Shown here: positions 9,401 to 18,924 of the stretch, piece by piece
Layout of the letters: each line of letters begins with the position of its first letter
How positions within the stretch are numbered: position 1 is the stretch's first letter
DNA from: an uncultured Gemmatimonadales bacterium
GTDB taxonomy: Bacteria; Gemmatimonadota; Gemmatimonadetes; Gemmatimonadales; Gemmatimonadaceae
Reading direction: 5' to 3'
Length of the DNA: 64,000 nt
NCBI GenBank assembly: GCA_963793305.1
Contig: CAWBZV010000005.1
Coordinates: 1,536,001-1,600,000 of the forward strand
Notes under the pieces: model-generated
Seen by the model: the letters and a program-made list of their open reading frames with translations, nothing else
What the model was told of the DNA's origin: nothing
The model's database searches: none
Translations under genes and position numbers: made by a program

Positions 9401-9817
9401 CTAAGGGGTCCTGGGCTGATGTTCTCCCGCGAGACCTTCGCGTGGCGGTAAGGGTGGGAGATGGGCCCCAATGGACGCATCCCCGTCCTCGAGACGAAAT
9501 TCGATATGAATCGACGTCTGTTCACCCCGACTTATGTCCAGGACCGAGATGTCGCGTACTGGAAACAGGGCGCCGTCAACGCCGCGCAGGGTCAGGTGCG
9601 CAGCCTGCTCACGCGCCTCGACCTCCCGGGCCCTGATCTCGGACCATTCGACGACGTAGAGCCACGTCGTATACGGGTTGAACCGCTGGAACGGTCCGCG
9701 CACGCGCTCGTAGGCCGGGAAGGCCATGACCTCGCCGAAGCCCAGCCCATCCGGGTCGAGGTCGATTTCGACACACGACCCGATCGGCGTTTCGTCGTAC
9801 ATCACGACTAGTTGCAT
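9401..9817 (-). CDS. Hypothetical protein (138 aa)
   Basis: GGAGCGGAG RBS-like sequence upstream, globular composition, same strand as its neighbours. Confidence 0.6.
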   Translation of the reverse strand: MQLVVMYDETPIGSCVEIDLDPDGLGFGEVMAFPAYERVRGPFQRFNPYTTWLYVVEWSEIRAREVEAREQAAHLTLRGVDGALFPVRDISVLDISRGEQTSIHIEFRLEDGDASIGAHLPPLPPREGLAGEHQPRTP

Positions 9818-9860
9818 GTCAGACGCTCCGCTCCACGCAGGAGTCCGCGCGAGCGAGCAA

Positions 9861-9944
9861 TACCCGAGACGAGACTCGAACTCGTAAGACCCGAAGGTCG
9901 GGGGATTTTGAGTCCCCTGCGTCTACCAATTCCGCCACCCGGGC
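9861..9944 (-). tRNA. tRNA-Leu(CAA), CCA not encoded
   Basis: GCCCGGGTGGCGGAATTGGTAGACGCAGGGGA-CTCAAAA-TCCCCCGACCTTCGGGTCTTACGAGTTCGAGTCTCGTCTCGGGTA: acceptor stem, D-loop GG, CAA anticodon, long variable arm, GTTCGAG T-loop. Confidence 0.97.
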
Positions 9945-10011
9945 GCGATTGCAACGCAACGCCTTAGCCAACCGCGAGCGCGCAATCTACTCTGTTTTCC
10001 ACCCCCGCGCC

Positions 10012-10737
10012 TTAGCCGATCCTTGGCAGCAGCGCAGCCACTGATGGGCCGGCGATAGCGGTCGAGAGCGTCGCACGATACGCGCGCCACCCACTTGCGT
10101 ACGTGACTGGGAAGCCGTCGGTCGCGCTCGCCAGGCACAGTAACTCGGGGCTCAGCCAACTGATCACTTCTAACAGCATCTCGTGCTGATGCCGCAAGTC
10201 GCGCCAATGCCATATCGGCTCGTAGTGGAAAATGCGATTGCGGAGTCGCCGAAGCGTGTCGAAGCGCCTGGCGACGACGCGTCGCGTTCGATTGGCAGCC
10301 GAAAGATGGGGAAAGGCCGATTCCAGAAGTGCTGGCCAAAAGAGTTGGCGCCGTTCGTATCGCACGTCGAGGAGGCTGGTCCAAAATCCGAAGTTGAGCT
10401 CAGCAATCACGCGGCCGGGAACAATGCGCTTGCCGCGATCCCGCAAACGACTCATCGCGTCCTCCGCCCGAGTAACCTCTGAAGGGGCAAGCACGGGAGG
10501 AATACGTCCAAGCCAGCAGTCGACGCCGCGCCACGGCCCGATTGGATATCGAGTCGTGATGGCCTCGTGCAACCTGTTCCGAAATGCGACCTCGAGATGA
10601 AGGAGCGTCGAATACAACGATGCGCCGAGATCTATATTCCAGTTGTAGCGCGCCAGCGCGTCGAGCGTCCCGCCGCCGGGCCGTTCGTATCCACGAAGCC
10701 GATCTGCGGAAATGACGCTCCGCACAGCATCGAGCAT
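10012..10737 (-). CDS. Abi family (Abi_2/AbiD/AbiF-like) HEPN-domain protein
   Basis: S.DRL..Y, LARYNWNI, LEVAFRN, IAELNFGFW and LRRLRNRIFHYEPIW (RxxxxH). ATG 10737 preferred over the ORF-track start at 10878. Confidence 0.85.
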   Translation of the reverse strand: MLDAVRSVISADRLRGYERPGGGTLDALARYNWNIDLGASLYSTLLHLEVAFRNRLHEAITTRYPIGPWRGVDCWLGRIPPVLAPSEVTRAEDAMSRLRDRGKRIVPGRVIAELNFGFWTSLLDVRYERRQLFWPALLESAFPHLSAANRTRRVVARRFDTLRRLRNRIFHYEPIWHWRDLRHQHEMLLEVISWLSPELLCLASATDGFPVTYASGWRAYRATLSTAIAGPSVAALLPRIG

Positions 10738-10781
10738 GCTGGCAGGTTGCGTCGTGAGGTCAGATACAGTACATTCGACTC

Positions 10782-10841
10782 CTGCCCCCGGGTTAATCCT
10801 CTCCCGCTCCCACGCGGTGATGATCCCGGGGTTTTTCTTTT
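10782..10841 (+). ncRNA. Candidate ~60-nt RNA antisense to the Abi leader
   Basis: TTGCGT (10747), 17 bp, TACATT (10770-10775), then stem-loop 10786-10831 followed by TTTTTCTTTT. Transcription is inferred, not shown. Confidence 0.5.
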
Positions 10842-10848
10842 GGCGCCG

Positions 10849-10878
10849 AGTGTAGTCGGCAGGCGTTGACCGCAACAA
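10849..10878 (-). promoter_or_regulatory. Putative sigma70 promoter of the Abi gene
   Basis: Minus strand TTGTTG, 18 bp, TACACT. Confidence 0.5.
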
Positions 10879-10921
10879 CGGGAAGAGTTCACCGGTTGCC
10901 GGCTATCGCCATCATCGCAGA

Positions 10922-12025
10922 CTACGGCTTCAATCCAAGCGCGCGGAGCGTAACCGGATCAGGAACCGCGGCGCCGCTCGATTTCGTGACCACGCCGAAG
11001 CCGCCGCTGTAGTCCCACATCGTCCACCCGATCCCATGCCGCTCGAGCGCGGTCCGGGTATCGACGATCCATGCCGCGCGATCGCGCGGTGTGGCGGCGA
11101 GGCGGAAGACGCCGAACTCGTTGCAGACCACCGGGACGTTCCAACGACTCGCCCACGCCGCAACCTGGGCGATCTCGCCGGCGATGCGATCCGGACCCCA
11201 GCGGTCCATGCCGTAGCGAACGACGGAAAGCCGGTCGACCGGATCGGGCACGAGTGCCGCGGCCGCCGTCACGTTTGCCGGATCGGACGGGTAGGGGAGC
11301 CCGTGCAAGTAGTGCCAGAAATTGACACCCCACGTCGCGCCCTGATGCGTGAAGATGTGCGGCTCGTAGAAGTGGAAGTTGTAGATGAGGTTCGTGTCCC
11401 GCATTGGCGTCATGGCCAAGAGATCGTCGTCGTCCGACCACCGCGCGCCGGCCACGATGATCGTGTGGCGCGGCGCACCCGCGCGGATGGCGGCGACGAG
11501 TCGGGTCTCCACGCCGTACCACCGCTCGCGATCCCGCATCTCGGGCTCATTCATCACCTCGAACACAACGCGCTCGGGATCACGGTCGGCGTAGTGCTGC
11601 GCGAGGGCACGCCAGAAGTCCGCGAGCTCTTCGACAAACCCGTCGTCATCCATGCGATGCTTGAACTCGCTCTCCGGATGCAGATCGATCTCGACCGCCA
11701 GGTCGTGATCGAGGATCGACTGCACGGCCGCGTCGAGGTACGCCAAGTACTCGCCCGGAATCCGATCCGCGTTCCGGCGCCGGAACATTGGTTCCGGATT
11801 GACGCTCAACCGCACGTGATCGAATCCCATGGACCGGATCAACGCGAGATCCTGCGCCGTCGTCCAAGCCTCGAAGTGTTCCTTGGTGTAGCCCTTGGGG
11901 TCATAGACCTGCGCGAACCATTCGCTCAGATTGATGCCGTGGCGAAAGTGCTCCGCGCGGTGCGCGGCTTGTGCCGAGGACACGTTCGCCAGCACGACCA
12001 AGCCGGACGCGATCAGTCGGCGCAT
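10922..12025 (-). CDS. Glycoside hydrolase family 5 (cellulase-like)
   Basis: Signal peptide from ATG 12025; GINLS, GFDHVRL, FEVMNEP (acid/base), FHFYEP, CNEFG (nucleophile), WTMWDY. Confidence 0.92.
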   Translation of the reverse strand: MRRLIASGLVVLANVSSAQAAHRAEHFRHGINLSEWFAQVYDPKGYTKEHFEAWTTAQDLALIRSMGFDHVRLSVNPEPMFRRRNADRIPGEYLAYLDAAVQSILDHDLAVEIDLHPESEFKHRMDDDGFVEELADFWRALAQHYADRDPERVVFEVMNEPEMRDRERWYGVETRLVAAIRAGAPRHTIIVAGARWSDDDDLLAMTPMRDTNLIYNFHFYEPHIFTHQGATWGVNFWHYLHGLPYPSDPANVTAAAALVPDPVDRLSVVRYGMDRWGPDRIAGEIAQVAAWASRWNVPVVCNEFGVFRLAATPRDRAAWIVDTRTALERHGIGWTMWDYSGGFGVVTKSSGAAVPDPVTLRALGLKP

Positions 12026-12064
12026 GTGGCGTTGTAGGCTACCCATTGTGAGGAATATCGCCCC

Positions 12065-13459
12065 GTGAAAGCATCCCTGCTCGTCGCGTGCTCGGCGCTC
12101 GCCCTCGTCTCCGGAACCACATCGGCGCAGATCGACCAGGCCCGCATCTCCCACGCGGTCGATTCAATCGCCGCCGCGGCGCTCGGCGGCGGCAAGGCCG
12201 CGGGCATGTCGATCGCCGTCGTCCGCGCGCGGGACACCATCGTCCTTCGCGCGTACGGGAAAGCGGACCTCGAGCTGGATGTCCCGACACCGGACCGGGC
12301 GGTCTACGAGATCGGCTCCGTGACCAAGCAGTTCACGGCCGCCGCCATCCTGCAGCTCGCGGAGCAGGGAAAGCTGTCGCTCGACGATGAGATCACGAAG
12401 TACTTCCCGACGTATCCCGTACACGGTCACCATATCACCGTCCGCCGCCTGCTCGACCACACGTCGGGCATTCCTGGCTACACCGAAATCCCGGCCTTCT
12501 GGCCAATCTCGACGCGGTCGCTGCCGCGAGACTCGCTGGTGGCGATATTCGGCGCGAAGCCGCTCGATTTCGCGACGGGCACGGCGATGTCATATAGCAA
12601 CTCGGCGTTCTTCCTGCTCGGGCTCTTGATCGAGAAAGTGAGCGGACAACCGTACGAGCGGTACGTCCAGCAGCACCTGTTCCAGCCCGCCGGCATGGTC
12701 GACTCGCGCTACTGCAGCACCACGGCCGTCGTTCCGCGCCGGGCGCACGGGTACGACATGAAAGACGACACGCTGCGCCTCGCGATGTACATCGACATGA
12801 CCTGGCCGTACTCGGCCGGTTCGCTCTGTTCCACGGCGGGCGACCTGGTCGCCTGGAACCGCGCGCTGCACACGGGGAAGATTCTGTCACCGGCCTCGTA
12901 CCACGAGATGATCACGCCCGGCACGCTGACCGATGGCACGCGCTTGCGCTACGCGAAAGGACTGGCCATCGACTCACTGGACGGCCACCGGCGTATCAGC
13001 CACGGCGGCGGCATCCCCGGATTCGTCACGACGCTCCAATATTTTCCCGACGACAGCCTCACCGTCGTCGTCCTCATCAACTCCGCCGGACCCGCTAACC
13101 CCGACCAGATCGCCCGCGCCATCGTCGACCTCACGCTCGGCGCCAACCCGCCCGCGACCGTGGCGTTCCATGGTTCGCTGGGGGACTACACCGGGACGTA
13201 CTCCGGAATGGCCCGCGGCGGCAACGAGACCTTCACCGTCGCCGTGGACAGCGGCGGCCACGCACTCGTGCTCCGCCCGAAGAATGGAAAGCCCGAGCCC
13301 CTCGCATTCTACGGCGGCGAGACGTTCGGCCACGACGAGACGCGGCTCCGGTTCGTGCGCACCGCCGGCCGCGTCAGCGCGGTGCGCGTCGATGAGGTGT
13401 ACGGGTACAACTTTTACAAGCGCGCGCCGATCACCGCTAGTCGGTCCGGATCGCCGTAA
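12065..13459 (+). CDS. Serine hydrolase, beta-lactamase class C-like
   Basis: SVTK (SxxK), YSN and HGG motifs; LLDHTSG; signal peptide. Confidence 0.9.
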   Translation: MKASLLVACSALALVSGTTSAQIDQARISHAVDSIAAAALGGGKAAGMSIAVVRARDTIVLRAYGKADLELDVPTPDRAVYEIGSVTKQFTAAAILQLAEQGKLSLDDEITKYFPTYPVHGHHITVRRLLDHTSGIPGYTEIPAFWPISTRSLPRDSLVAIFGAKPLDFATGTAMSYSNSAFFLLGLLIEKVSGQPYERYVQQHLFQPAGMVDSRYCSTTAVVPRRAHGYDMKDDTLRLAMYIDMTWPYSAGSLCSTAGDLVAWNRALHTGKILSPASYHEMITPGTLTDGTRLRYAKGLAIDSLDGHRRISHGGGIPGFVTTLQYFPDDSLTVVVLINSAGPANPDQIARAIVDLTLGANPPATVAFHGSLGDYTGTYSGMARGGNETFTVAVDSGGHALVLRPKNGKPEPLAFYGGETFGHDETRLRFVRTAGRVSAVRVDEVYGYNFYKRAPITASRSGSP

Positions 13460-15837
13460 CCGGATCGACGAGCGTCGCTCGGGTGGCGGGAACGAGCGAC
13501 GCCACGAGGCCCGCGATCGCGAGCGCCGCCGTCGCACCTACCCACGTGATCGGGTCGGCTCGGCTCACGCCATAGAGCAAACTCTCGAGCGCGCGCGTCA
13601 CCAGCGCACCGCCGACCACGCCGAGCACCAGCCCCAGTCCGACCATGCGCATGCCTTGCTCGGCCACCAGTCGGAGCGTACGCCCGCTCGTGCTCCCGAG
13701 CGCGCTCCGAATGCCCATCTCTCGCGTGCGTTGCGCGACGGTGTAGCTCATGACCCCGTACAGTCCCGCCACAGCCAGCACGATGGCGACGATCGCGAAC
13801 GTGGCGATAAGCGAGAGGTAGAACCGCGGCGCCCCGACGCTCCGGCCGATGAGCTGCGCCATTGGCTGCACATCCGCGACCGCGGCCGCCGGATCCACCG
13901 AACGAATGGCCTCCCGCACGGCTGGCGCGACCGACGCCGGATCGCCGCGGGCGATGCGCACGAGGATCGGGAAGACGGTCTCGTCGTTGTCGGTCTGCGC
14001 ATACGACCAGTAGACCTCCGGATGCGGCGGATCGACGGGCCCGAAGTTGGCGATATCGCTCACCACACCGACAATCGTCGCCATCCGCGTCGGCCCCCAG
14101 TAAAAGCGCTTGCCGAGCGCGTCACCATTGGGGAAGTCTCGCCGTGCGAGCGCGCGGTTGACGACAACGGCGAGCGGCACGTCGGGCCGATTGTCATCGT
14201 CGGCGCGGAGGAGGCGCCCGGCGACGAGCTGCTGACCTGTGGCCCGGAAAAAGCCCGGCGAGGCATCGCGGTCTTCCATCACCGGCTCGTGCTCCGGATC
14301 GTCTGGCGTGCCCTCGTACCGGTAGCCCGAGTTGTCGCCCCACTCTTGATACGGCATGGCCGAGATGGCGCCGGCGCTTTGAACGCCAGGGATGCGCTCG
14401 ATCGCGTCCAAGGCCGGCGTCAGGAATCGCCGGATCGGCTCACCCGAGGCATACCGGTCCGGCGAGATGACGGCTGTGAGCGAGAGGAGTCGGGTCGGAT
14501 CGAAGCCCGGGTCACGGCTGACCAGCTTCTCGAATCCCCGCAGCACAAGGCTCGCGGCGATGAGCAACGTCAGCGAGAGGGCGACCTCACCGACGACCAG
14601 GCCCGCGAGCAGCCGTTGTTGCGTGACACCGGACCCGCCGCCCCGGCCGCCGCGCAACGCGTCCTGGGGATCGACGGACGCGCTGTGCCACGCGGGCAGC
14701 ATCCCGCAGATGAGCGCGACGACAGTCGAGAGGAGGATCGCGAACAGCATGACGCGGATCTCGATGCCGAGGCCGACCAACTGGGGCACCTGTGCGCCGG
14801 CCAGTGACCCGATGGTCCGCACGGCGAGCCACGCCAATCCGATGCCCAGCACGCCTCCGAGTCCAGCCAGTACCACGCTTTCGGCGATCACGGGCTGCAT
14901 GAGATCCCAGCGGCTGGCGCCGATCGCACTTCTCACGGCCATCTCGCGCTGGCGGTTGACGCCGCGCGCCAGGAGCAGGCTGCCGACGTTGGCGGCGGCG
15001 ATCAACAGCACGGCGCAGACGGCGCCGAAGATGAGCAGCAAGGGCGTCCGGACGAGCCGCACGCTGTCGGCTTGCAGTGGCGTGGCGAACGCGGACTCGC
15101 CCTTCATGTGCGGGTAGAGCGCGATCATCTGATCCATCAGCGACTGGACATCGCTCGTGGCGTTGGCCACGGTCGCGCCGGGCGCCAGCCGCCCCTGGAC
15201 CTTCAAGAAGTTGTGCCCGCGCGACGCTCTCTCGTCGGTCGTGAAACGCATGGGCAGCCAGAGATCGGCCTCGAGGTTCTGGTTGCCATGCGGGATGTGA
15301 AACGCGGGCGGCGCGATCCCGATCACCGTGTGCGGCACGCCATCGAGGCGGATCGTGCGGCCAACGAGAGTGGGGTCGCCGGCGAACCGATCGTGCCAGA
15401 GCTCGTAGCTCATCACGACCACGTTGTCGCGCGAGACGCTGTCGTCGCCGACGTTTATCAGTCGACCGCGAAACGGCCGGACGCCGAGCATTGGGAACAT
15501 GTTCCCGGTGACACGATACGCCCGGACCTGGGCGGCTTCGGTGGCGACCGACAGGAGCTTGGTCTGAAACGCGGTGGCCGCGAGCATTCTGGATCTGCCT
15601 GGAGCCGCGGGCCAGGTCGAGGTACTTCGGGGCCGAGAAGGGGCAGTTGTCGCACGTGGGTTCGGTGCGATACACGGTGACCAGGCGGCCCGGGTCGCGG
15701 AACGGCAATGGGCGCAGCAGCGCTTGATTGATGGCGCTGGCGATGGCGATCGTCGCGCCCAGCCCGAGCGCGAGACAGAGGACCGCACAGACCGCGACGG
15801 TGGGCGCGCGGCGGAGCCTTCGGATGGCGCTCAGCAT
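13437..15837 (-). CDS. ABC transporter permease (ADOP-type), one +1 frameshift near 15590
   Basis: N-terminus (LCLALGLGAT, RPLPFRDPGRLV) is in ORF 14587-15837 and the rest in ORF 13437-15788. Span is 2401 nt (3n+1). Confidence 0.85.
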
Positions 15838-15869
15838 GCCGACTCTGACAGCGAGCTTGGCGCCAAGGT

Positions 15870-16346
15870 TTACTTCTCTAGTACTGGCTCGGCCGGGCCG
15901 TGGGTCGCTCGATCGATCTGGCGAATCGCGCCCAGGTGATAGGCGAGGTGCGCAATGCTGCCGATCATGCCATTGAGCGCCACGTCATCGACCTCGCGCG
16001 GTGTCCCGAGCGCCGCGAGCCACCGGTGCGCCTCGTCGCGCAACTGGCCGCGCAGGTCGGCCCACTCCGCATCCGAGACGTGCGTCGTGCGCCAGGCCGC
16101 CGTCCAGTCCGCGGTCGCGAACGGATTCGGCTCGCCGCTCGCCCAGCGGTTCATGAGTGACAGGCCATATCGAACGTGGTCGACATGCGCGGCGATCTTG
16201 TTCGATGCGGCTGATGCCGATAGCCGATCGAGCGATCGCAGCAATCCCGGGTCGCCGGCATTGAGCATGTAGCCGAACGGTGGCGCGCCGTCGACGAGCT
16301 CGGAGAAGAGCGTCGTCAGCGAGTGGCTCAGCTCACGGGTGTTCAT
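15870..16346 (-). CDS. DinB family protein
   Basis: IAAHVDHV and AHLAYHLGAIRQ metal-binding His pattern. Confidence 0.8.
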   Translation of the reverse strand: MNTRELSHSLTTLFSELVDGAPPFGYMLNAGDPGLLRSLDRLSASAASNKIAAHVDHVRYGLSLMNRWASGEPNPFATADWTAAWRTTHVSDAEWADLRGQLRDEAHRWLAALGTPREVDDVALNGMIGSIAHLAYHLGAIRQIDRATHGPAEPVLEK

Positions 16347-16372
16347 GCCATACAACATAGTTAAATTGCGCC

Positions 16373-18886
16373 GTGACAGAGACGCTCGCCGATGTCGTGC
16401 TCGGCCTTCTGGATGCGGTCGTCCGCGAGCGCCACCCTGACAGCCGGGCGTTGCAAGCCCAGAGTCAGTGGTTCCAGCTCCTCGCGCTGGCCGAGCAATA
16501 CGAGGCGTTCAGTGCGCGCCGGCGGGCGAGCGAGGCGAGTGGCACGTTCAATCGCGTGATCAAAGAAGCGAAAGAACGGGGCGTCCCACGCGAGGTCGTC
16601 GAGGCGTGCGTCGCCGCGCTCCGCATCGTACCGGTGATCACGGCGCACCCGACCGAGGCCCGTCGCGTCACGGTGCTCGAGAAGCACCGGCGCATCTACG
16701 ACTATCTCGAGCTGCTGGCCGAGCGCCCAACGGATCGCGAGGCGCTCCTGGGCGAGTTGCGCAATGAGCTCGACATCCTGTGGCTCACCGGCGAATTGCG
16801 CCTCTCGAAGCCCACGGTGGAGCAGGAGATCGCCTGGGGCCTCTACTTCTTTAGTGAAACGCTGTTCGACACAGTTTCGCCGCTGCAGGATCGACTCGTC
16901 GCCGCGGTGAAGGAGCACTACCCCGATATCAATCCGACCGTCTCGGGATTCCTCGAGTTCGGATCATGGATCGGGGGCGATCGCGATGGAAACCCGTTCG
17001 TCACGCCGGACATGACGCGGCACGCCGTGCGCGAGAATCGCCTGGCGAGTCTCCGCCGCTATGAACGGCGCCTGACGGCCCTTCGGGCGTCGCTCAGCAT
17101 CTCGCAGGATTCGCTGGCCACGCCGCTCTGGTTTCAGCGCGCGGTCGTCAAAGCACTTGCCGAGAGCGGCGACGCGGCGCAGATCGCGAATCGCAATCCG
17201 GGAGAGCTGTTTCGTCAGTACCTGTCGTCTATGCTGCGCCGGCTGTCCGCGACGATCGAGCACGCCGAGCGTGGCTGGTCGTCGACCGCGGCGCCGCGCT
17301 ATGAGTCATCAGACGATCTCGTTCGCGATCTTCAGGTCCTCGAACGAGCGCTCGACGAGTCCCACAGTGCGCGCCTGGCGCGCGCGCTCGTGACGCCGGT
17401 CCGCCGCGAGGTCGAGGTGTTCCGGTTCTCGACCGCGCGCCTCGATTGCCGCGAGCATGCGACACGCCTCGCCGTCGGAACGCCGGACACGCGCCAATCG
17501 TTGCTCGATGCGCTCGCCACTCCCAGGTCCAGCGCCTCGACGGCCACGTCGAACGAGCCCGCGCTCGCCATTTTCAATGTCATCGCCGAGGATCGCGCGG
17601 CGTTCGGCAGTTTCATCATCTCCGGGACGAGCAGCGTCGACGACATTCTGCGCGCGTACTTGCTGGCCAAGGAGGCCGGGTTGTACTCGGACGCGGCCGG
17701 CGTCGAGCGGTGCCTGTTGCCCATCGTGCCCTTGTTCGAGACGATCGCCGATCTGCGGGCTTCTCCGGCGATCATGCGAGACCTGCTTGCCGTGCCTGTG
17801 GTCCGGCGCAGCCTGCGCGGCCGGCCACAGGAAGTCATGATCGGGTACTCGGATTCCAACAAAGACGGCGGGTTTCTCACCGCGAACTGGGAGCTCAGTA
17901 AGGCGCAGTCCAAGCTCACGCGCGTCGGCGCCGACGCGGGCGTGCCCATCTCGTTCTTTCATGGCCGCGGCGGCTCCGTCGGTCGCGGTGGGGCGCCGAC
18001 CGGCCGGGCGATAGCGGCCCAGCCGGTCGGGTCGGTCGTCGGGACCATGCGCCTCACGGAGCAGGGCGAGGTCGTGTCTTACAAATACGGCACGCGCGAC
18101 GCCGCCTTGTACCAGCTCGAGCTGCTCTCGGCCAGCGTCCTCGCCCACACGCTCGGGCGCGGTATGGCCGAGCCGAGTCCCGAGTTCGCCGAGGCAATGG
18201 AAGCGCTGTCGGGCGCGGCGTTCGCCGCGTATCGCGGCCTCGTCGAGCATCCCGCCTTCTTCGGCTACTATAGCGCCGCCTCTCCGCTCGAAGAACTTGC
18301 CTCGCTGAACCTTGGATCACGTCCCGCGAGACGGTCGAGTGCGCGGGCTCTGGCCGACTTGAGAGCGATTCCATGGGTGTTCGCTTGGACTCAGAATCGC
18401 CACTGTGTCCCTGGCTGGTATGGCATCGGCAGCGCACTGGCCGCTTTCGTGCAGATCCGCGGCGCCCGGGGAGAGGCGCTGTTGCAACGCATGTTCGCCG
18501 AGTTCCCATTGTTTCAGTTGATTCTCGACGAAGCCGAGAAGACCCTGCTGCAAGTCGACCGGTCGTTGATGCGAGCGTATGCGGAGCTTGTCCAGAACGC
18601 CGAGGACCGGCGGGCGATTTTGGAGTTGATCGAGGCAGAGCTCGAGCGCACCACCCAGACCATTCTGAAGCTGACGCGAGAGACGACCATGGCGGCGCGA
18701 TTCCCGCAGTACCGGGAGCGCATTGAACGCCGCCGCGCCATGCTCGACCGGGTGGGTCATGAGCAGATCCAGCTCCTGCGCGCGGTCCGAGACACGTCCG
18801 CGGACCCGGACCAACGGAGCGCGTCGCTCTCCTCGCTGCTGTTCTCCATCAACTGCATCGCGGCGGGGTTTGGCACAACGGGATAA
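16373..18886 (+). CDS. ppc: Phosphoenolpyruvate carboxylase
   Basis: VITAHPTE, GSWIGGDRDGNP, QEVMIGYSDSNKDGG, FHGRGGSVGRGG and LRAIPW motifs. Confidence 0.95.
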   Translation: MTETLADVVLGLLDAVVRERHPDSRALQAQSQWFQLLALAEQYEAFSARRRASEASGTFNRVIKEAKERGVPREVVEACVAALRIVPVITAHPTEARRVTVLEKHRRIYDYLELLAERPTDREALLGELRNELDILWLTGELRLSKPTVEQEIAWGLYFFSETLFDTVSPLQDRLVAAVKEHYPDINPTVSGFLEFGSWIGGDRDGNPFVTPDMTRHAVRENRLASLRRYERRLTALRASLSISQDSLATPLWFQRAVVKALAESGDAAQIANRNPGELFRQYLSSMLRRLSATIEHAERGWSSTAAPRYESSDDLVRDLQVLERALDESHSARLARALVTPVRREVEVFRFSTARLDCREHATRLAVGTPDTRQSLLDALATPRSSASTATSNEPALAIFNVIAEDRAAFGSFIISGTSSVDDILRAYLLAKEAGLYSDAAGVERCLLPIVPLFETIADLRASPAIMRDLLAVPVVRRSLRGRPQEVMIGYSDSNKDGGFLTANWELSKAQSKLTRVGADAGVPISFFHGRGGSVGRGGAPTGRAIAAQPVGSVVGTMRLTEQGEVVSYKYGTRDAALYQLELLSASVLAHTLGRGMAEPSPEFAEAMEALSGAAFAAYRGLVEHPAFFGYYSAASPLEELASLNLGSRPARRSSARALADLRAIPWVFAWTQNRHCVPGWYGIGSALAAFVQIRGARGEALLQRMFAEFPLFQLILDEAEKTLLQVDRSLMRAYAELVQNAEDRRAILELIEAELERTTQTILKLTRETTMAARFPQYRERIERRRAMLDRVGHEQIQLLRAVRDTSADPDQRSASLSSLLFSINCIAAGFGTTG

Positions 18887-18924
18887 GGTTCGATACATTT
18901 TTGCGCTCTTCGACCTGGAAACCA

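Larger units (their letters stand above)
8432..9913. mobile_element. Integrase-less tRNA-Leu islet (repeat period 1428 bp)
   Basis: Bounded by the 54-bp direct repeat; contains three minus-strand genes and no recombinase. Confidence 0.75.

Noticed and set aside
9461..9811. Plus-strand 116-aa ORF in the islet
   Set aside because: Antisense shadow of 9401-9817, which has an RBS-like sequence and matches neighbour orientation.
10738..10878. 47-aa N-terminal extension of the Abi ORF
   Set aside because: It runs through the hairpin, T-tract and promoter motifs; family-like sequence starts near ATG 10737.
12065..13459. Antibiotic-resistance beta-lactamase
   Set aside because: Motifs fit the broad serine hydrolase family; resistance cannot be inferred from sequence.
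12933..14807. 624-aa plus-strand ORF and other long Arg/Pro-rich overlapping ORFs
   Set aside because: Typical high-GC shadow frames over recognisable genes.
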